In this document: piece after piece, positions 45,966 through 56,667 of the stretch | Layout: each line of letters starts with the position of its first letter | Numbering within the stretch: the first letter of the stretch is position 1 | NCBI GenBank assembly: GCA_965223795.1 | Contig: CBDCXL010000001.1 | Span: 448,001-512,000, forward strand | Origin: Nitrospinales bacterium | Lineage (GTDB): Bacteria; Nitrospinota; Nitrospinia; Nitrospinales; VA-1 | Reading direction: 5' to 3' | DNA length: 64,000 nucleotides | Program-made: the position numbers and the translations under genes | The notes under the pieces: model-generated | Database searches by the model: none | What the model was told of the DNA's origin: nothing | The model's input: only the letters and a program-made list of their open reading frames with translations

Positions 45966-46267
45966 GAGTGGCCGGAAATAGTGCCCGGTTCTGGAAAAAA
46001 GTTATTGATTTATTTGGGATTATTCTGTCAGAATAGCACACTCCCGGGAAAGTTACAATATCTGGTTTACGCGGAGTGTAATGCTTGAAACGGGAGTTCC
46101 GGAGTCCGGCGCCGGTTAGATTTACACCCGGCCGAACCGCTCCGCACCCTGTGGAGCCGGTTGATAATTGAAACAATAATTGTTATTTTAGCCCCCTTGT
46201 TTTTCAGCAGGGCCTATTTTACCAATTCCAACCCAGATCGCAATTTTGAATTGCCGGACAACCAAAC

Positions 46268-46987
46268 GTGCGTAACGAAAACCGGGCCGACAACGAACTG
46301 AGAGCCGTCACAATCACCAAAAACTTCATCGACTATCCGGCCGGCTGCGTGCTGGTGCAGATGGGCCGCACCCGCGTGGTCTGCGCCGCCAGCGTGGAGG
46401 ACAAGGTGCCGCCGTTTCTGCGCGACAAGAATTCCGGCTGGGTGACGGCGGAATACTCGATGCTTCCCAGCGCCACCCACACGCGGTCGTCGCGGGAAGC
46501 GGCAAAGGGCAAGCTTTCCGGGCGGACCCAGGAAATCCAGCGCCTGATCGGCCGCTCCCTGAGGACCGTGGTGGACCTGGAGCAGTTGGGCGAACGCACG
46601 CTGTGGATCGACTGCGACGTGATCCAGGCGGACGGCGGCACGCGCTGCGCGTCGATCACCGGTTCGTTCATCGCGCTGGCGCTGGCGCTCAAAAAACTGA
46701 AAAAAGACAATGTGATCGACACGGTCCCGATCCTCGATTTCGTGGCGGCCGTCAGCGTGGGCATCTCCGGCGGACGCAATGTGCTGGACCTGGATTACGA
46801 TGAAGACTCCACCGCCAGTGTGGATCTCAACATCGTGAAAACCGGCTCTGGCGGTTTCGTCGAGATCCAGGGCACCGCCGAAAAGGAACCCTTCAGCGAC
46901 AGCCAGATGCAGGCCCTCCTTACTCTGGCGGACAAAGGCATCAAAGAGTTGATCGAAATTCAGAAAAAAATGATCGGAAAATTCTGA
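46268..46987 (+). CDS. rph: Ribonuclease PH
   Basis: [51 protein letters not shown]. Confidence 0.97.
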   Translation: MRNENRADNELRAVTITKNFIDYPAGCVLVQMGRTRVVCAASVEDKVPPFLRDKNSGWVTAEYSMLPSATHTRSSREAAKGKLSGRTQEIQRLIGRSLRTVVDLEQLGERTLWIDCDVIQADGGTRCASITGSFIALALALKKLKKDNVIDTVPILDFVAAVSVGISGGRNVLDLDYDEDSTASVDLNIVKTGSGGFVEIQGTAEKEPFSDSQMQALLTLADKGIKELIEIQKKMIGKF

Positions 46988-47043
46988 GCGCGGCGCCGGA
47001 CGGCGCAAAACAGCCCGGAAAATCCGCTCCGGCGCGCCGTCGT

Positions 47044-47691
47044 TCAGCGGTGTTTTCCGACTCCGATCCGGGGACAGTCCGCCTCGATGCAGCACTGGCT
47101 GCACAGCGGGGAGACCGGCTTGCAGACGTTCTGGCCGAAACGCACGAGCAGGTCGTTGTACCCCATCCAGTAGCGCTTGGGCAGCACCGCGCGCAGGGCC
47201 ATTTCGGTCGCGTCGGCGGAATCGGTTCGCACATAGCCCCAGCGGTTGGAGATGCGGTGGACATGGGTGTCCACGCAGATGCCCGGCTTGCCGTGGCCGA
47301 GGATCAGCGTCAGGTTGGCGGTCTTGCGCCCGACGCCCTTGAGCGCGAGCAGGTCTTCCAGTGTATCGGGAACCCGGCCCGCGTGCCGCTCTAACAGGGT
47401 GCGGCAAAGCTCCTTTAAGGTTTTTGCCTTGTTGCGGTAAAACGCGGCGGGGTAGATGGCTCGCTCGACAGCCTCATCCGTCAGGGCGAGCAGGGATTCC
47501 GGGTCCGCGGCCAGCTTGAACAGCCGCACGGAAGCCGCGTCGGTCACTTCGTCGCGGGTGCGCAGGCTCAGAATGCAGCTTATCAGGACGCGGAACGGGT
47601 CCTGGCCGATGGCGGTCACGATGGGCGTCCTCCACTGGGCGGACGCCTTGCTGAGTCTGTTGATCACGCGCGCGAGCTGGCGGTTGTTCAT
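47044..47691 (-). CDS. nth: Endonuclease III
   Basis: LSLRTRD, HhH 'L.GVGRKTANL', VDTHVHRISNR, C-X6-C-X2-C-X5-C Fe-S motif. Confidence 0.92.
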   Translation of the reverse strand: MNNRQLARVINRLSKASAQWRTPIVTAIGQDPFRVLISCILSLRTRDEVTDAASVRLFKLAADPESLLALTDEAVERAIYPAAFYRNKAKTLKELCRTLLERHAGRVPDTLEDLLALKGVGRKTANLTLILGHGKPGICVDTHVHRISNRWGYVRTDSADATEMALRAVLPKRYWMGYNDLLVRFGQNVCKPVSPLCSQCCIEADCPRIGVGKHR

Positions 47692-47845
47692 GGCAGGACA
47701 CCGTGGCGGGGCGTTTTCGACCCGCGGCAAACAAAAAAGGCAGGCAACCCTATGGCAATGCGTCAGGGTTTCTGCTAGTATAAATCCTTCATTTGGCTAA
47801 ACTTATTGCTCCAGCGGCGGTTTTTCCCGCTCACATCACACTGAC

Positions 47846-48334
47846 ATGCAGCACACAATTTCTGTACTCGTCGTCAACCGCTTCGGGGTACTTTCGCGGA
47901 TCTCGGGATTATTCAGCGGCCGCGGATTCAACATTGAAAGCCTGAACGTCGCGGAAACCACCGATCCCACCATCTCCAGGATGACCATCGTCACCATCGG
48001 AGACGACAGCAAGATCGAGCAGATCACCAAACAGCTCAACAAACTCGTCGATGTTATCAAAGTGGTGGATCTGACGGAGGAGAAATTTGTCGACCGGGAA
48101 CTGATCCTGGTGAAGATGAACGCCGAAGCGCGTGTGCGCGAGGAGGTGCTGCGCATCGTCGAGATTTTCCGCGCCAAGGTGGTGGACGTGAGTCCGCAGA
48201 CCTATACTATCGAAATCACGGGAGACGAATCGAAGATCAAGGGATTTCTGGAACTGCTCAGGCCGCTGGGCATGCAGGAGCTGGTCCGCTCGGGGCGGAT
48301 CGCCATCAGCCGGGGAATGAGATCGATCACCTGA
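47846..48334 (+). CDS. ilvN: Acetolactate synthase small (regulatory) subunit
   Basis: [38 protein letters not shown]. Confidence 0.95.
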   Translation: MQHTISVLVVNRFGVLSRISGLFSGRGFNIESLNVAETTDPTISRMTIVTIGDDSKIEQITKQLNKLVDVIKVVDLTEEKFVDRELILVKMNAEARVREEVLRIVEIFRAKVVDVSPQTYTIEITGDESKIKGFLELLRPLGMQELVRSGRIAISRGMRSIT

Positions 48335-48371
48335 GTCCCCGTGCGCCGGAGGGAAGAAAGGAGAACGTGTT

Positions 48372-49373
48372 TTGACAAAAATTTATTACGAAAAACAGGC
48401 GGACCTCAAAAACATCAAAGATAAAACCGTCGCCATCATCGGCTACGGCAGCCAGGGCCATGCGCATGCGCGCAACCTGCACGACAGCGGCATCGAGGTG
48501 GTCGTCGGCCTGCGCCAGGGCAGCGAATTCTGGAAACGCGCCGAAAAGGACGGCCTCCGGGTGATGACGGTTCCGGAAGCCACGAAAGCGGCGGACATCC
48601 TGATGATCCTGATTCCGGACGACAAGCAGCGGGCGATGTATGAAAAAGACATCGAACCGAACCTGGAAAAGGGCATGGCGCTGGCCTGGGGGCACGGCTT
48701 CAACATCCATTTCGGGCAGATCGTGCCGCCGCCGACGGTGGACGTGTTCATGATCGCGCCCAAGGGGCCGGGGCACCTGGTGCGGCGCACGTTCGAGAAC
48801 GGCGCCGGCGTGCCGTGCCTGATGGCCATCCACCAGGACGTGTCCAAAAAAGCCACGGACATCGCGCTGGCCTACGCCAAGGGCATCGGCGGCACGCGGG
48901 CCGGGGTTCTGGAAACCAGCTTTCAGGAGGAAACGGAGACCGACCTGTTCGGCGAACAGGCGGTGCTGTGCGGCGGCGTCACGGAACTGATCCGCGCGGG
49001 CTTCGACACGCTGGTGGAAGCGGGCTACAATCCCGACCTCGCCTATTTCGAATGCCTGCACGAGCTGAAGCTGATCGTCGATTTGATCTATGAAGGCGGC
49101 ATCGGCAATATGCGCTACTCGATCAGCACCACCGCCGCCTACGGCGACGTGACGCGGGGGCCGCGGATCATCACCGACCGCACGCGCAAGGAGATGAAGC
49201 AGATCCTCAAGGAAATCCAGAGCGGCAGCTTCGCCAAGGAATTCATCACCGAGAACCAGGCCAACCGGCCGGTGTTCAACGCGCGGCTGAAGCAGGACGC
49301 CAACCACATGATCGAGGACGTGGGCGATAAGCTGCGCAAGATGATGCCCTTCGTCGGGGAAAAACTCAAATAG
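48372..49373 (+). CDS. ilvC: Ketol-acid reductoisomerase
   Basis: [48 protein letters not shown] start. Confidence 0.97.
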   Translation: MTKIYYEKQADLKNIKDKTVAIIGYGSQGHAHARNLHDSGIEVVVGLRQGSEFWKRAEKDGLRVMTVPEATKAADILMILIPDDKQRAMYEKDIEPNLEKGMALAWGHGFNIHFGQIVPPPTVDVFMIAPKGPGHLVRRTFENGAGVPCLMAIHQDVSKKATDIALAYAKGIGGTRAGVLETSFQEETETDLFGEQAVLCGGVTELIRAGFDTLVEAGYNPDLAYFECLHELKLIVDLIYEGGIGNMRYSISTTAAYGDVTRGPRIITDRTRKEMKQILKEIQSGSFAKEFITENQANRPVFNARLKQDANHMIEDVGDKLRKMMPFVGEKLK

Positions 49374-49390
49374 AGCTGAATGACGCCTCG

Positions 49391-50020
49391 ATGAGACTTC
49401 CTTTCGCGAAAGACGGTTTGCGTTTTCTGATCCCGCTGGGCCTGCTGACGGCCCTGTTTGCGTGGCTTTCCTGGACGATCGCCGCGCTGATCGCGGGCGG
49501 TTTTTTCCTGTTCGTGCTCAATTTTTTCCGCGACCCGGAACGGCCGATCCCGGACGATCCCAAGGCGGTGGTGTCTCCCGCGGACGGCAAGGTCGTGGAG
49601 ATCGTGAGCGAGGGCGACCCGGCGCTGGACGGGCCGTTCACGCGGGTGAGCATCTTCCTCAACGTGTTCAACGTGCACGTGAACCGGGTGCCGATCGCCG
49701 GCACCATCGAGACGGTGCGCTACAACAAGGGCAAGTTCCTGGCGGCGTTCAACCACAAGGCGTCGCTCGACAACGAGCAGAACGCGATCCTGGTCTCCAA
49801 CGGTTCGGCGAAAATCCTGGTCAAGCAGATCGCCGGCCTCATCGCCCGGCGCATCGTCTGCTGGGCCCAAAAAGGCGACACCTACCGGACCGGCCAGCGG
49901 TTCGGGCTGATCCGGTTCGGCTCGCGGGTGGACATCTTCGTGCCGGAAACCACCCGGCTGGCCGTCAAAAACGGCGACATCGTGAAAGGCGGCAGCAGCG
50001 TCATCGGTTACCTCCAATAA
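49391..50020 (+). CDS. psd: Phosphatidylserine decarboxylase proenzyme
   Basis: FFRDPER, SPADG, FNVHVNR, QIAGLIARRI, IRFGSRVD. Confidence 0.93.
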   Translation: MRLPFAKDGLRFLIPLGLLTALFAWLSWTIAALIAGGFFLFVLNFFRDPERPIPDDPKAVVSPADGKVVEIVSEGDPALDGPFTRVSIFLNVFNVHVNRVPIAGTIETVRYNKGKFLAAFNHKASLDNEQNAILVSNGSAKILVKQIAGLIARRIVCWAQKGDTYRTGQRFGLIRFGSRVDIFVPETTRLAVKNGDIVKGGSSVIGYLQ

Positions 50021-50186
50021 TCGCAGCCCCCACCAGCCTGCGGGCTGGCGCGTGTTTGCTCACGACGGACAAAGTTTCCTGCGTCTGGTTCGAACTTTTT
50101 ACACGAGCCCCATTCCATCATATCGGCACTCCGCGCTCTCCGATCGAACTTTCAACACTTTTCCCGCCAGTCTGGTATCCTGTTAA

Positions 50187-50312
50187 GAGACCTTTGCAAA
50201 ATCAATTTGTCATGCTGAGCCTGTCGAAGCATGAATCCTTGCACCCTTCGACAAGCTCAGGGTGACAATCGGCTCTCTGTTTCCGGGACACACCGACTTT
50301 TGCAATGGTCTC
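50187..50312. repeat. MITE/REP-like element, copy 2 (126 bp; TIRs plus palindromic core 50208-50267)
   Basis: Ends GAGACCTTTGCAAAA / TTTTGCAATGGTCTC (14 of 15 complementary); core TGTCATGCTGAGCCTGTCGAAG...CTTCGACAAGCTCAGGGTGACA. Confidence 0.75.
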
Positions 50313-50337
50313 GTTTTAAAGATGAGAAGGGCTTCCC

Positions 50338-51117
50338 ATGAACCGTTTGAAGATGAAACGATCGCGCAAACTGCGGCGTGGAATCCACATCCTGCCGAGC
50401 CTGTTCACGACCGGCAATGTGTTCTGCGGATTCTACGCGTTCATCGCCGTGCTGAACGACGATTACTACATCGCCGCCTGGGCGCTGGTCGTGGCGATGA
50501 TCTTCGATGCGCTGGACGGGCGCGTGGCGCGGCTGACCAAGACCACCAGCGCGTTCGGGGTGCAGTACGATTCGCTGGCGGACATCATCTCGTTCGGCAT
50601 GGCGCCGGCGTTCCTGGTGTACGCGTGGGTGCTGAAACCGTTCGGACGCCTCGGCTGGATGGCGGCGTTCCTGTTCCTGCTGTGCGGCGCGCTCAGGCTC
50701 GCCCGCTTCAATGTCACCAAACCCGACATGAAGGGCGACCATTTCATCGGCCTGCCCATTCCCGCGGCATCGGCCAGCCTGGCGTCGATCGTGATCGCGT
50801 TCGAGGACCTGTTCGCGACGCGGCTCAACCCGATGGTCATGGTGGTGCTGGTGTACACGCTGGCCTTCCTGATGGTCAGCAACATCAAGTACCCCTCGTT
50901 CAAAAAATTTCAGTTCAAAAAACGGGTGGCGTTTTCCCGCTTCCTGTTCGTCATTCTGTTCATCTACGTGCTGGCGACCATCCCGCGCGTGGCGCTGTTC
51001 ATCCTGAGCTTCACCTACATCGTGATCGGTCCGGTGGGCTATTTCCTGGCCAACCGCAAGCAGAAGGAACCGGAGCGGACCGGAGAAAAAATCCACACGT
51101 CTCCGCCCAACACCTGA
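50338..51117 (+). CDS. pssA: CDP-diacylglycerol-serine O-phosphatidyltransferase
   Basis: DALDGRVAR...FG.QYDSLAD.ISFG.AP; ALRLARFN; GLPIP; follows psd. Confidence 0.95.
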   Translation: MNRLKMKRSRKLRRGIHILPSLFTTGNVFCGFYAFIAVLNDDYYIAAWALVVAMIFDALDGRVARLTKTTSAFGVQYDSLADIISFGMAPAFLVYAWVLKPFGRLGWMAAFLFLLCGALRLARFNVTKPDMKGDHFIGLPIPAASASLASIVIAFEDLFATRLNPMVMVVLVYTLAFLMVSNIKYPSFKKFQFKKRVAFSRFLFVILFIYVLATIPRVALFILSFTYIVIGPVGYFLANRKQKEPERTGEKIHTSPPNT

Positions 51118-51207
51118 TATAATATAAGTGACTGTTTTTTAAGGTCTGAGTTCCATTTTCCCGGACTGTCCGGGAGCGAGGCAATAATAAATTTTTGAGG
51201 ATTGCCC

Positions 51208-52074
51208 ATGTCCTGGCTGGATATTTTTAAAAGCAAAGGCCCTCCGATGCCCAAGAAGGCATCGAAGCCGGAAAGCATCTGGACCGAATGCAAGAAATGC
51301 GGCGAACAGGTGTACCTGGCCGACCTTGAGAAAAATTTCAAGGTGTGCCCCAACTGCGACTACCACTTCCGCATGAATGCGGAAGAGCGCATCAGCCAGC
51401 TGATCAATCCGGGGACCTTTTCAGAACAGGACGTGGACCTGTTCTCCGCGGACCCGCTCAAATTCCGCGACAAGAAAAAATACAAGGACCGCCTGCGCGC
51501 CACCATCAAGAAGGGCTTGGAAAAGGACGCGCTGTTGACGGGTTCGGGCATCCTCGGCGATCACGCGGTGGAGATCTGCCTGTTCGAGTTCAACTTCATG
51601 GGCGGCAGCATGGGTTCGGTGGTGGGGGAAAAAATCACCCGCGCCATCGAGCGGGCGCTCGAGCACCGGCGGCCGCTCATCATCATCAGCTGTTCCGGCG
51701 GCGCGCGCATGCAGGAAGGGATCCTCTCTTTGATGCAGATGGCGAAAACGTCGGCGGCGCTCAAAAAACTGGCGGAGGAAAAGATCCCCTACATCTCGAT
51801 CCTCACCGATCCCACCACGGGCGGCGTGTCCGCGAGCTTCGCCATGCTGGGGGACGTCATCCTTGCCGAACCGGGGGCGCTGATCGGGTTCGCCGGACCG
51901 CGCGTCATCGAACAGACCATCCAGCAGAAACTGCCGGACGGGTTTCAGACAGCGGAATTTTTACTGGAGCACGGCCTGATCGATCAGGTGGTGCACCGGA
52001 AGAACCTGAAACAGACTGTCGAGAACCTGCTGAGCCTGCTGGTCAACAACCCCATCCCCAAAGTCGAAGCCTGA
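51208..52074 (+). CDS. accD: Acetyl-CoA carboxylase carboxyltransferase beta subunit
   Basis: C4 Zn finger; [43 protein letters not shown]. Confidence 0.96.
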   Translation: MSWLDIFKSKGPPMPKKASKPESIWTECKKCGEQVYLADLEKNFKVCPNCDYHFRMNAEERISQLINPGTFSEQDVDLFSADPLKFRDKKKYKDRLRATIKKGLEKDALLTGSGILGDHAVEICLFEFNFMGGSMGSVVGEKITRAIERALEHRRPLIIISCSGGARMQEGILSLMQMAKTSAALKKLAEEKIPYISILTDPTTGGVSASFAMLGDVILAEPGALIGFAGPRVIEQTIQQKLPDGFQTAEFLLEHGLIDQVVHRKNLKQTVENLLSLLVNNPIPKVEA

Positions 52075-52361
52075 TGAGTCTGCGGACGCTGAGACTGGCT
52101 CCGATATTCGGCATCCGATCTTAAAGGACCGGATTCGCCCCAAAGCAGACCTTCTTATGGAAAGTTGGCTTACCTGGAAAATGTGAAACTGGCTTTCCCT
52201 CCCCCGTAAGATGCGGTATAGTTTTCCCGTATTAATTAAAAAAATAACCTGAATTCAATTTAACACGTCACCCACGGTTCCGATGGATCGGATCACGAAC
52301 CCTTCGCCAACCGGGACAGTCCGGGTGACTGCTACCGGCGTTTTACGCTGATTGTGAAATT

Positions 52362-53312
52362 ATGCGTTCGATAAAAGTAGAAGGACTCGATATACCCTGG
52401 ACGGCCCTCACCCTGGGCTGCCTGCAGATTGCCCCCAGCGAAACGTGGGGCGACGAATGTTCGGAGGAAGAGGCTGACCGGGTGGTGAAGACCGCCCTGG
52501 AGTGCGGCATCATGGCGTTCGATACCGCCGAGGGTTATGGCGACGGGGAATCCGAACGCCGCCTCGGCAAGGCCCTGGGCTCCCGCAAAAACGATGTCCT
52601 CATCATTTCCAAAATCTGGCCCGATGCCGATTTGACGGTTGAAGCTTACCAGTCGCGCCTTGAGGGCACGTTGAAAGCGCTGGGACGGGATTATGTCGAT
52701 GTGTATATGGTCCACTGGCCGGGCATGTACTTAGACACCATGATAAAGACCGGGAAGATGTGCGACATCATGGCTGCCATCAAGGAAAGCGGCAAGGCCC
52801 GCACCGTGGGTATCTCGAATTTCCGGGAGAGGGACATTGGACTGATGGCGCGCGCCGCTTCGATGTTCACCGTCAATCAGGTTCCTTATAACCTGCTTGA
52901 GCGCAAGTACGAGGGAGAGCATTTAAAAGAATGTGAAAAAAACGGTATCGGTTTCATGGCGTGTTCGCCCAGCGCGCGCGGTCTGTTGGCCGGCCGGATC
53001 GATGAAGAGGCCCTGAAGGCACCCGCCCGGCAAAAATCCTACCTGTATCACCAGCCTTATTTTGGCGATTCGGAAATCGTGCGCGACACCGTTGACGAAG
53101 TCGCACAGGAAATCAATACGGCCCCCATCAACGTGGCACTCGCATGGGTGATCCAGCAAAAGAATATCATCACCGCTGTGGCAGGGGCGCGAAAGGCGGA
53201 ACAGGTGAAGGAGTTTTGTGCCGCCGGGGAAATCACGCTCACTTCCGATCAGCTGGACCGGCTCAACAGTGCGAGCGCCCAGTTTCATTACGCTGGCGGC
53301 ACGGTTGTCTGA
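52362..53312 (+). CDS. Aldo/keto reductase
   Basis: FDTAEGYG.G.SE..LG, SK, D.Y.VHWP, GISNF, NQVPYNLL, SP..RGLL. Confidence 0.92.
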   Translation: MRSIKVEGLDIPWTALTLGCLQIAPSETWGDECSEEEADRVVKTALECGIMAFDTAEGYGDGESERRLGKALGSRKNDVLIISKIWPDADLTVEAYQSRLEGTLKALGRDYVDVYMVHWPGMYLDTMIKTGKMCDIMAAIKESGKARTVGISNFRERDIGLMARAASMFTVNQVPYNLLERKYEGEHLKECEKNGIGFMACSPSARGLLAGRIDEEALKAPARQKSYLYHQPYFGDSEIVRDTVDEVAQEINTAPINVALAWVIQQKNIITAVAGARKAEQVKEFCAAGEITLTSDQLDRLNSASAQFHYAGGTVV

Positions 53313-53506
53313 CGACTAGCGGAACCAGCCGCCGGAGGACGAAAGGATCACCCCGGGCCCGCAAGAGGCCCTGGATTCTCCATCCGAGCGGCAACTGAAT
53401 TTTAATTAGTCTTCGTGTGGGTCGTGGAGGGTTGTCCCTTCCACGTTCAAGGTCACACCTCGAACGCGCTCACTTTCCCGGCACCCTTTTCCCCGTCTTT
53501 AAGGAC

Positions 53507-54472
53507 TCAGCAGCCCAGGCTGTCCACGGCGTCTTCCAGCGACATGGCGATGCAGGAAAAGATCGGCGTGTCCTTCTCCACGTAGCGGCTGCCTTCAGTC
53601 TCCCGCAATTCCTGAACCAGATCGAGAAAGTCGGACGGGTAGTCCGTCTCGAAGGCGACCACGAATTCGTTGTCGTCGATGCCGAACGAATAGGTGGTGT
53701 TCAGTTTGACGGAGGGGTATTTGTTCCCCACGTAAATGTGCTCGTCCATGATGCCCTGGCGGGTGAACTGGGTGAGCAGGTACCACTCTCGTTTTTTCAC
53801 GAAGGGGTAGATGAAAAGGTACTTGGCCTTTCCGGGGATGATGTGGGTGCGGTCTTCCTCATGCTCGGGGTTGAACATGTCCTGGTACATCGACCGCTTG
53901 GTCTGCGAAAGATACGAATAGGTGACGTTGAGGTATTTCCCCAGCCCGGTCTTGTACAGGCGGGTGCTCATCTTCTGGAAATTTTCCATCTCGTAGCTGA
54001 TGCGCCACAGCATGATCTCGGCGTCGGGGCGGATGCCCATGACCGAATAGCTGAGCAGGATCATGTCCGAGTTGCTGTCGAACTCTTCCAGCACGTCGAG
54101 AAATTCCTGCTTGCCCTTCTCCCGTTCTTCCTCGGGCAGACGCCGGTACTCGGGGTCGAGCTTGTAGAACACGAAATTCACATACTGGCGCTTGACTTCC
54201 TTTTCCTCACCCGTGGCGTTTTTCTCGGCGGCCTGAGCCCGCTTCGCGCGGGATTCGGCGATGGCGGCGCCTTCCCGCTCCTGCCGTGCACGCGAGACCA
54301 CATCGTCGTCGATGAGATCGATGCTCTTGTCCTTGGCGTACTGTTCGATGCCGCGCACGACGCTCTTACGCACGAAAAACGGCACGTTTTTCATGCGGTC
54401 CATTGCGCTGTCGGTCCACTTCAGCTCGGTGGCCGGCATCAGTTCTTCCAACTCTTTGTCGTCAATGGCCAT
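53507..54472 (-). CDS. Chlorite dismutase/ChdC (HemQ)-family heme protein with N-terminal PCP_red-like domain
   Basis: N-terminal WT..A..RM..VPFFVRK.V...IE.YA; C-terminal YPFVK..EWY.L....R..IM.EH..VG...TYSFGIDD.EFVVAFE. Confidence 0.82.
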   Translation of the reverse strand: MAIDDKELEELMPATELKWTDSAMDRMKNVPFFVRKSVVRGIEQYAKDKSIDLIDDDVVSRARQEREGAAIAESRAKRAQAAEKNATGEEKEVKRQYVNFVFYKLDPEYRRLPEEEREKGKQEFLDVLEEFDSNSDMILLSYSVMGIRPDAEIMLWRISYEMENFQKMSTRLYKTGLGKYLNVTYSYLSQTKRSMYQDMFNPEHEEDRTHIIPGKAKYLFIYPFVKKREWYLLTQFTRQGIMDEHIYVGNKYPSVKLNTTYSFGIDDNEFVVAFETDYPSDFLDLVQELRETEGSRYVEKDTPIFSCIAMSLEDAVDSLGC

Positions 54473-54672
54473 ATCGATGTTCTCTTCGGAAAAGGTTTCT
54501 GAATGCGGGGGAAGCGACGATTATAGGGGAAACGCGTCAAAATTGAAAGGGTTTTGACGGCAGGCCGAAACGATTAACCCTTTACGCTTCAAGCATCCGC
54601 ATCCATTTGGGCTGACCACTCATGATAGACTGGGGGAAAGGCGATTTCAACCTCAAAAGGGCGGACGGTGCG

Positions 54673-55875
54673 ATGAAAACGAGCGATTATATCCGGCTGG
54701 AGAACGAGTTCGGGGCCCACAATTACAAACCTCTGGACGTGGTGCTGAACCGCGGCGAGGGCATCTGGGTGCACGATGTGGAGGGGCGGCGCTACATGGA
54801 CTGCCTTTCGGCCTATTCCGCCGTGAACCAGGGGCACTGCCACCCGCGCATCCTCAAGGCGCTGGTTCGCCAGGCGGAACAACTGACCCTGGTTTCGCGG
54901 GCGTTCCGGCACGACCAGCTGGGCCTGTTCTACCAGGAAATCTGCGAGCTGACCGACTCCCACAGCGTGCTGCCGATGAACAGCGGCGCCGAGGCGGTGG
55001 AAACGGCGATCAAGGCGGTGCGCAAATGGGGCTACCAGGTCAAGGGCGTGCCGGCGGGCGAGGCGGAAATCATCGTGTGCGAGAACAATTTCCACGGCCG
55101 CACGCTGACCATCGTCGGCTTCAGCACCGAGGCGCAGTACCGGGAAGGCTACGCGCCGTTCACGCCGGGTTTCAGGATCATCCCGTTCGGCGACGCGGAA
55201 GCGTTTGAAAAGGCCATCACGCCGAACACCGTGGCGTTTCTGGTGGAGCCGATCCAGGGCGAAGGCGGCGTCATCGTGCCGCCGGACGACTACCTTAAAA
55301 AAGTCCGCGCCCTCTGCGACCAGCACAACGTCATGCTGGTGCTGGATGAAATCCAGACCGGGCTCGGCCGCACGGGCAGACTGTTCGCCGAGGAGCACTC
55401 AGGCATTCAGTCCGATCTCACGCTCATCGGCAAGGCGTTGTGCGGCGGGTTCTACCCCGTGTCGGCGGTGCTGTCGAACAAGGAAGTGCTGGGCGTGTTC
55501 CGGCCCGGCGACCACGGCAGCACGTTCGGCGGCAACCCGCTGGGCTGCGCGGTGGCGCGCGAGTCGCTCAAGGTGCTGATCGAGGAAAAGCTGATCGAAA
55601 ACGCCGCGTCACTGGGGGACTACTTCATGCAGAAGCTCAAGGCCATCCCGTCACCGCACGTGAAGGAAGTGCGCGGCAAGGGGCTCATGATCGGCGTGGA
55701 GCTGAACGATGAGGCGGGCGGCGCGCGCCGCTTCTGCGAAGCGCTGGCGGAGAAAGGACTGCTGTGCAAGGAAACGCACGAGAACGTCATCCGCTTCGCG
55801 CCGCCGTTGATCATCCAAAAAGAGGAAATCGACTGGGCGCTGGAAAAGATCGAGGACGTGTTGACTCAGAGTTGA
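54673..55875 (+). CDS. rocD: Ornithine-oxo-acid transaminase
   Basis: [64 protein letters not shown]...IRFAPPL. Confidence 0.95.
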   Translation: MKTSDYIRLENEFGAHNYKPLDVVLNRGEGIWVHDVEGRRYMDCLSAYSAVNQGHCHPRILKALVRQAEQLTLVSRAFRHDQLGLFYQEICELTDSHSVLPMNSGAEAVETAIKAVRKWGYQVKGVPAGEAEIIVCENNFHGRTLTIVGFSTEAQYREGYAPFTPGFRIIPFGDAEAFEKAITPNTVAFLVEPIQGEGGVIVPPDDYLKKVRALCDQHNVMLVLDEIQTGLGRTGRLFAEEHSGIQSDLTLIGKALCGGFYPVSAVLSNKEVLGVFRPGDHGSTFGGNPLGCAVARESLKVLIEEKLIENAASLGDYFMQKLKAIPSPHVKEVRGKGLMIGVELNDEAGGARRFCEALAEKGLLCKETHENVIRFAPPLIIQKEEIDWALEKIEDVLTQS

Positions 55876-55981
55876 AATTCCATACCAGAAATTCAAACGA
55901 CAGCGAAACCAACGGGAGCGAATCATGTATTTCTGGAATATTAAAGCTCTTCTGATAAGCACTACTTATTAATTCCAGAAT

Positions 55982-56473
55982 TCAACCATTTAATTTAGGC
56001 TGTTTTTCCTTACTAACTGCTGCCCAAGCTACAATAGCTTCATCTAAACATTCCTTTAGGTAATCTTCATAATCCAACAACATCTCTTTAAGAGAACTGC
56101 AAAAATCCACCACTACATTGACTTGTTCTAATGTCAAAAGTTTCAATTTTTCTTCCCAATAGCTATCACGTTTTTTTAGACTTTTTAATATATAAACAAG
56201 ATGCTCCGTCAATTCGGAGTCAAGATGTTCTAAAGCATAAAGCATGTAGTCTTTTAGAAAATATACAAAGGCTCTGGGAGTAAAAGCCGGGAGGGATTTT
56301 GCATGGGATTCAAATACTGAGACATTTACAGGTTTACTTAAAAACCTTGAAAAATCTTCATTTATAGCCTCAGCATCCCAATCATTTGGATTTGCTATTT
56401 CGTCTATTTTAGGTGGTTCCACCACCGAAAATTCATGCGAAATTCGAGCTTTTAGTTCATTCAAATCGCCCAT
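55982..56473 (-). CDS. AT-rich hypothetical protein (orphan; DUF6714-like by eye)
   Basis: Open frame within a strongly AT-rich patch; 'FTPRAFVYFLKDYM.YALE'; start uncertain (56473 or 56506). Confidence 0.5.
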   Translation of the reverse strand: MGDLNELKARISHEFSVVEPPKIDEIANPNDWDAEAINEDFSRFLSKPVNVSVFESHAKSLPAFTPRAFVYFLKDYMLYALEHLDSELTEHLVYILKSLKKRDSYWEEKLKLLTLEQVNVVVDFCSSLKEMLLDYEDYLKECLDEAIVAWAAVSKEKQPKLNG

Positions 56474-56667
56474 TTTATAACCTGAAAATAATTGATGTGA
56501 CATCATAAACAATTCCCATATTTTAACTGATGACGAATCTGTGTTGTCTTCTAATAAATCGCCCAGCCGAAAGCACCCGGAGCGCCCTGAAAATGGACAT
56601 TTCGCTTGATCGCCCCGCCCTTCCCCGATACATTTGAGGTATACCCAATTCACAATTTGCAAGCCTT

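Noticed and set aside
52267..52335. Fluoride or ykkC/guanidine riboswitch
   Set aside because: Only fragments resemble the consensus (TTCGCC-AACC...TGAC..CTAC; GGTTCCG...CCGGG) and required elements are missing, so it is kept only as an unassigned structure.
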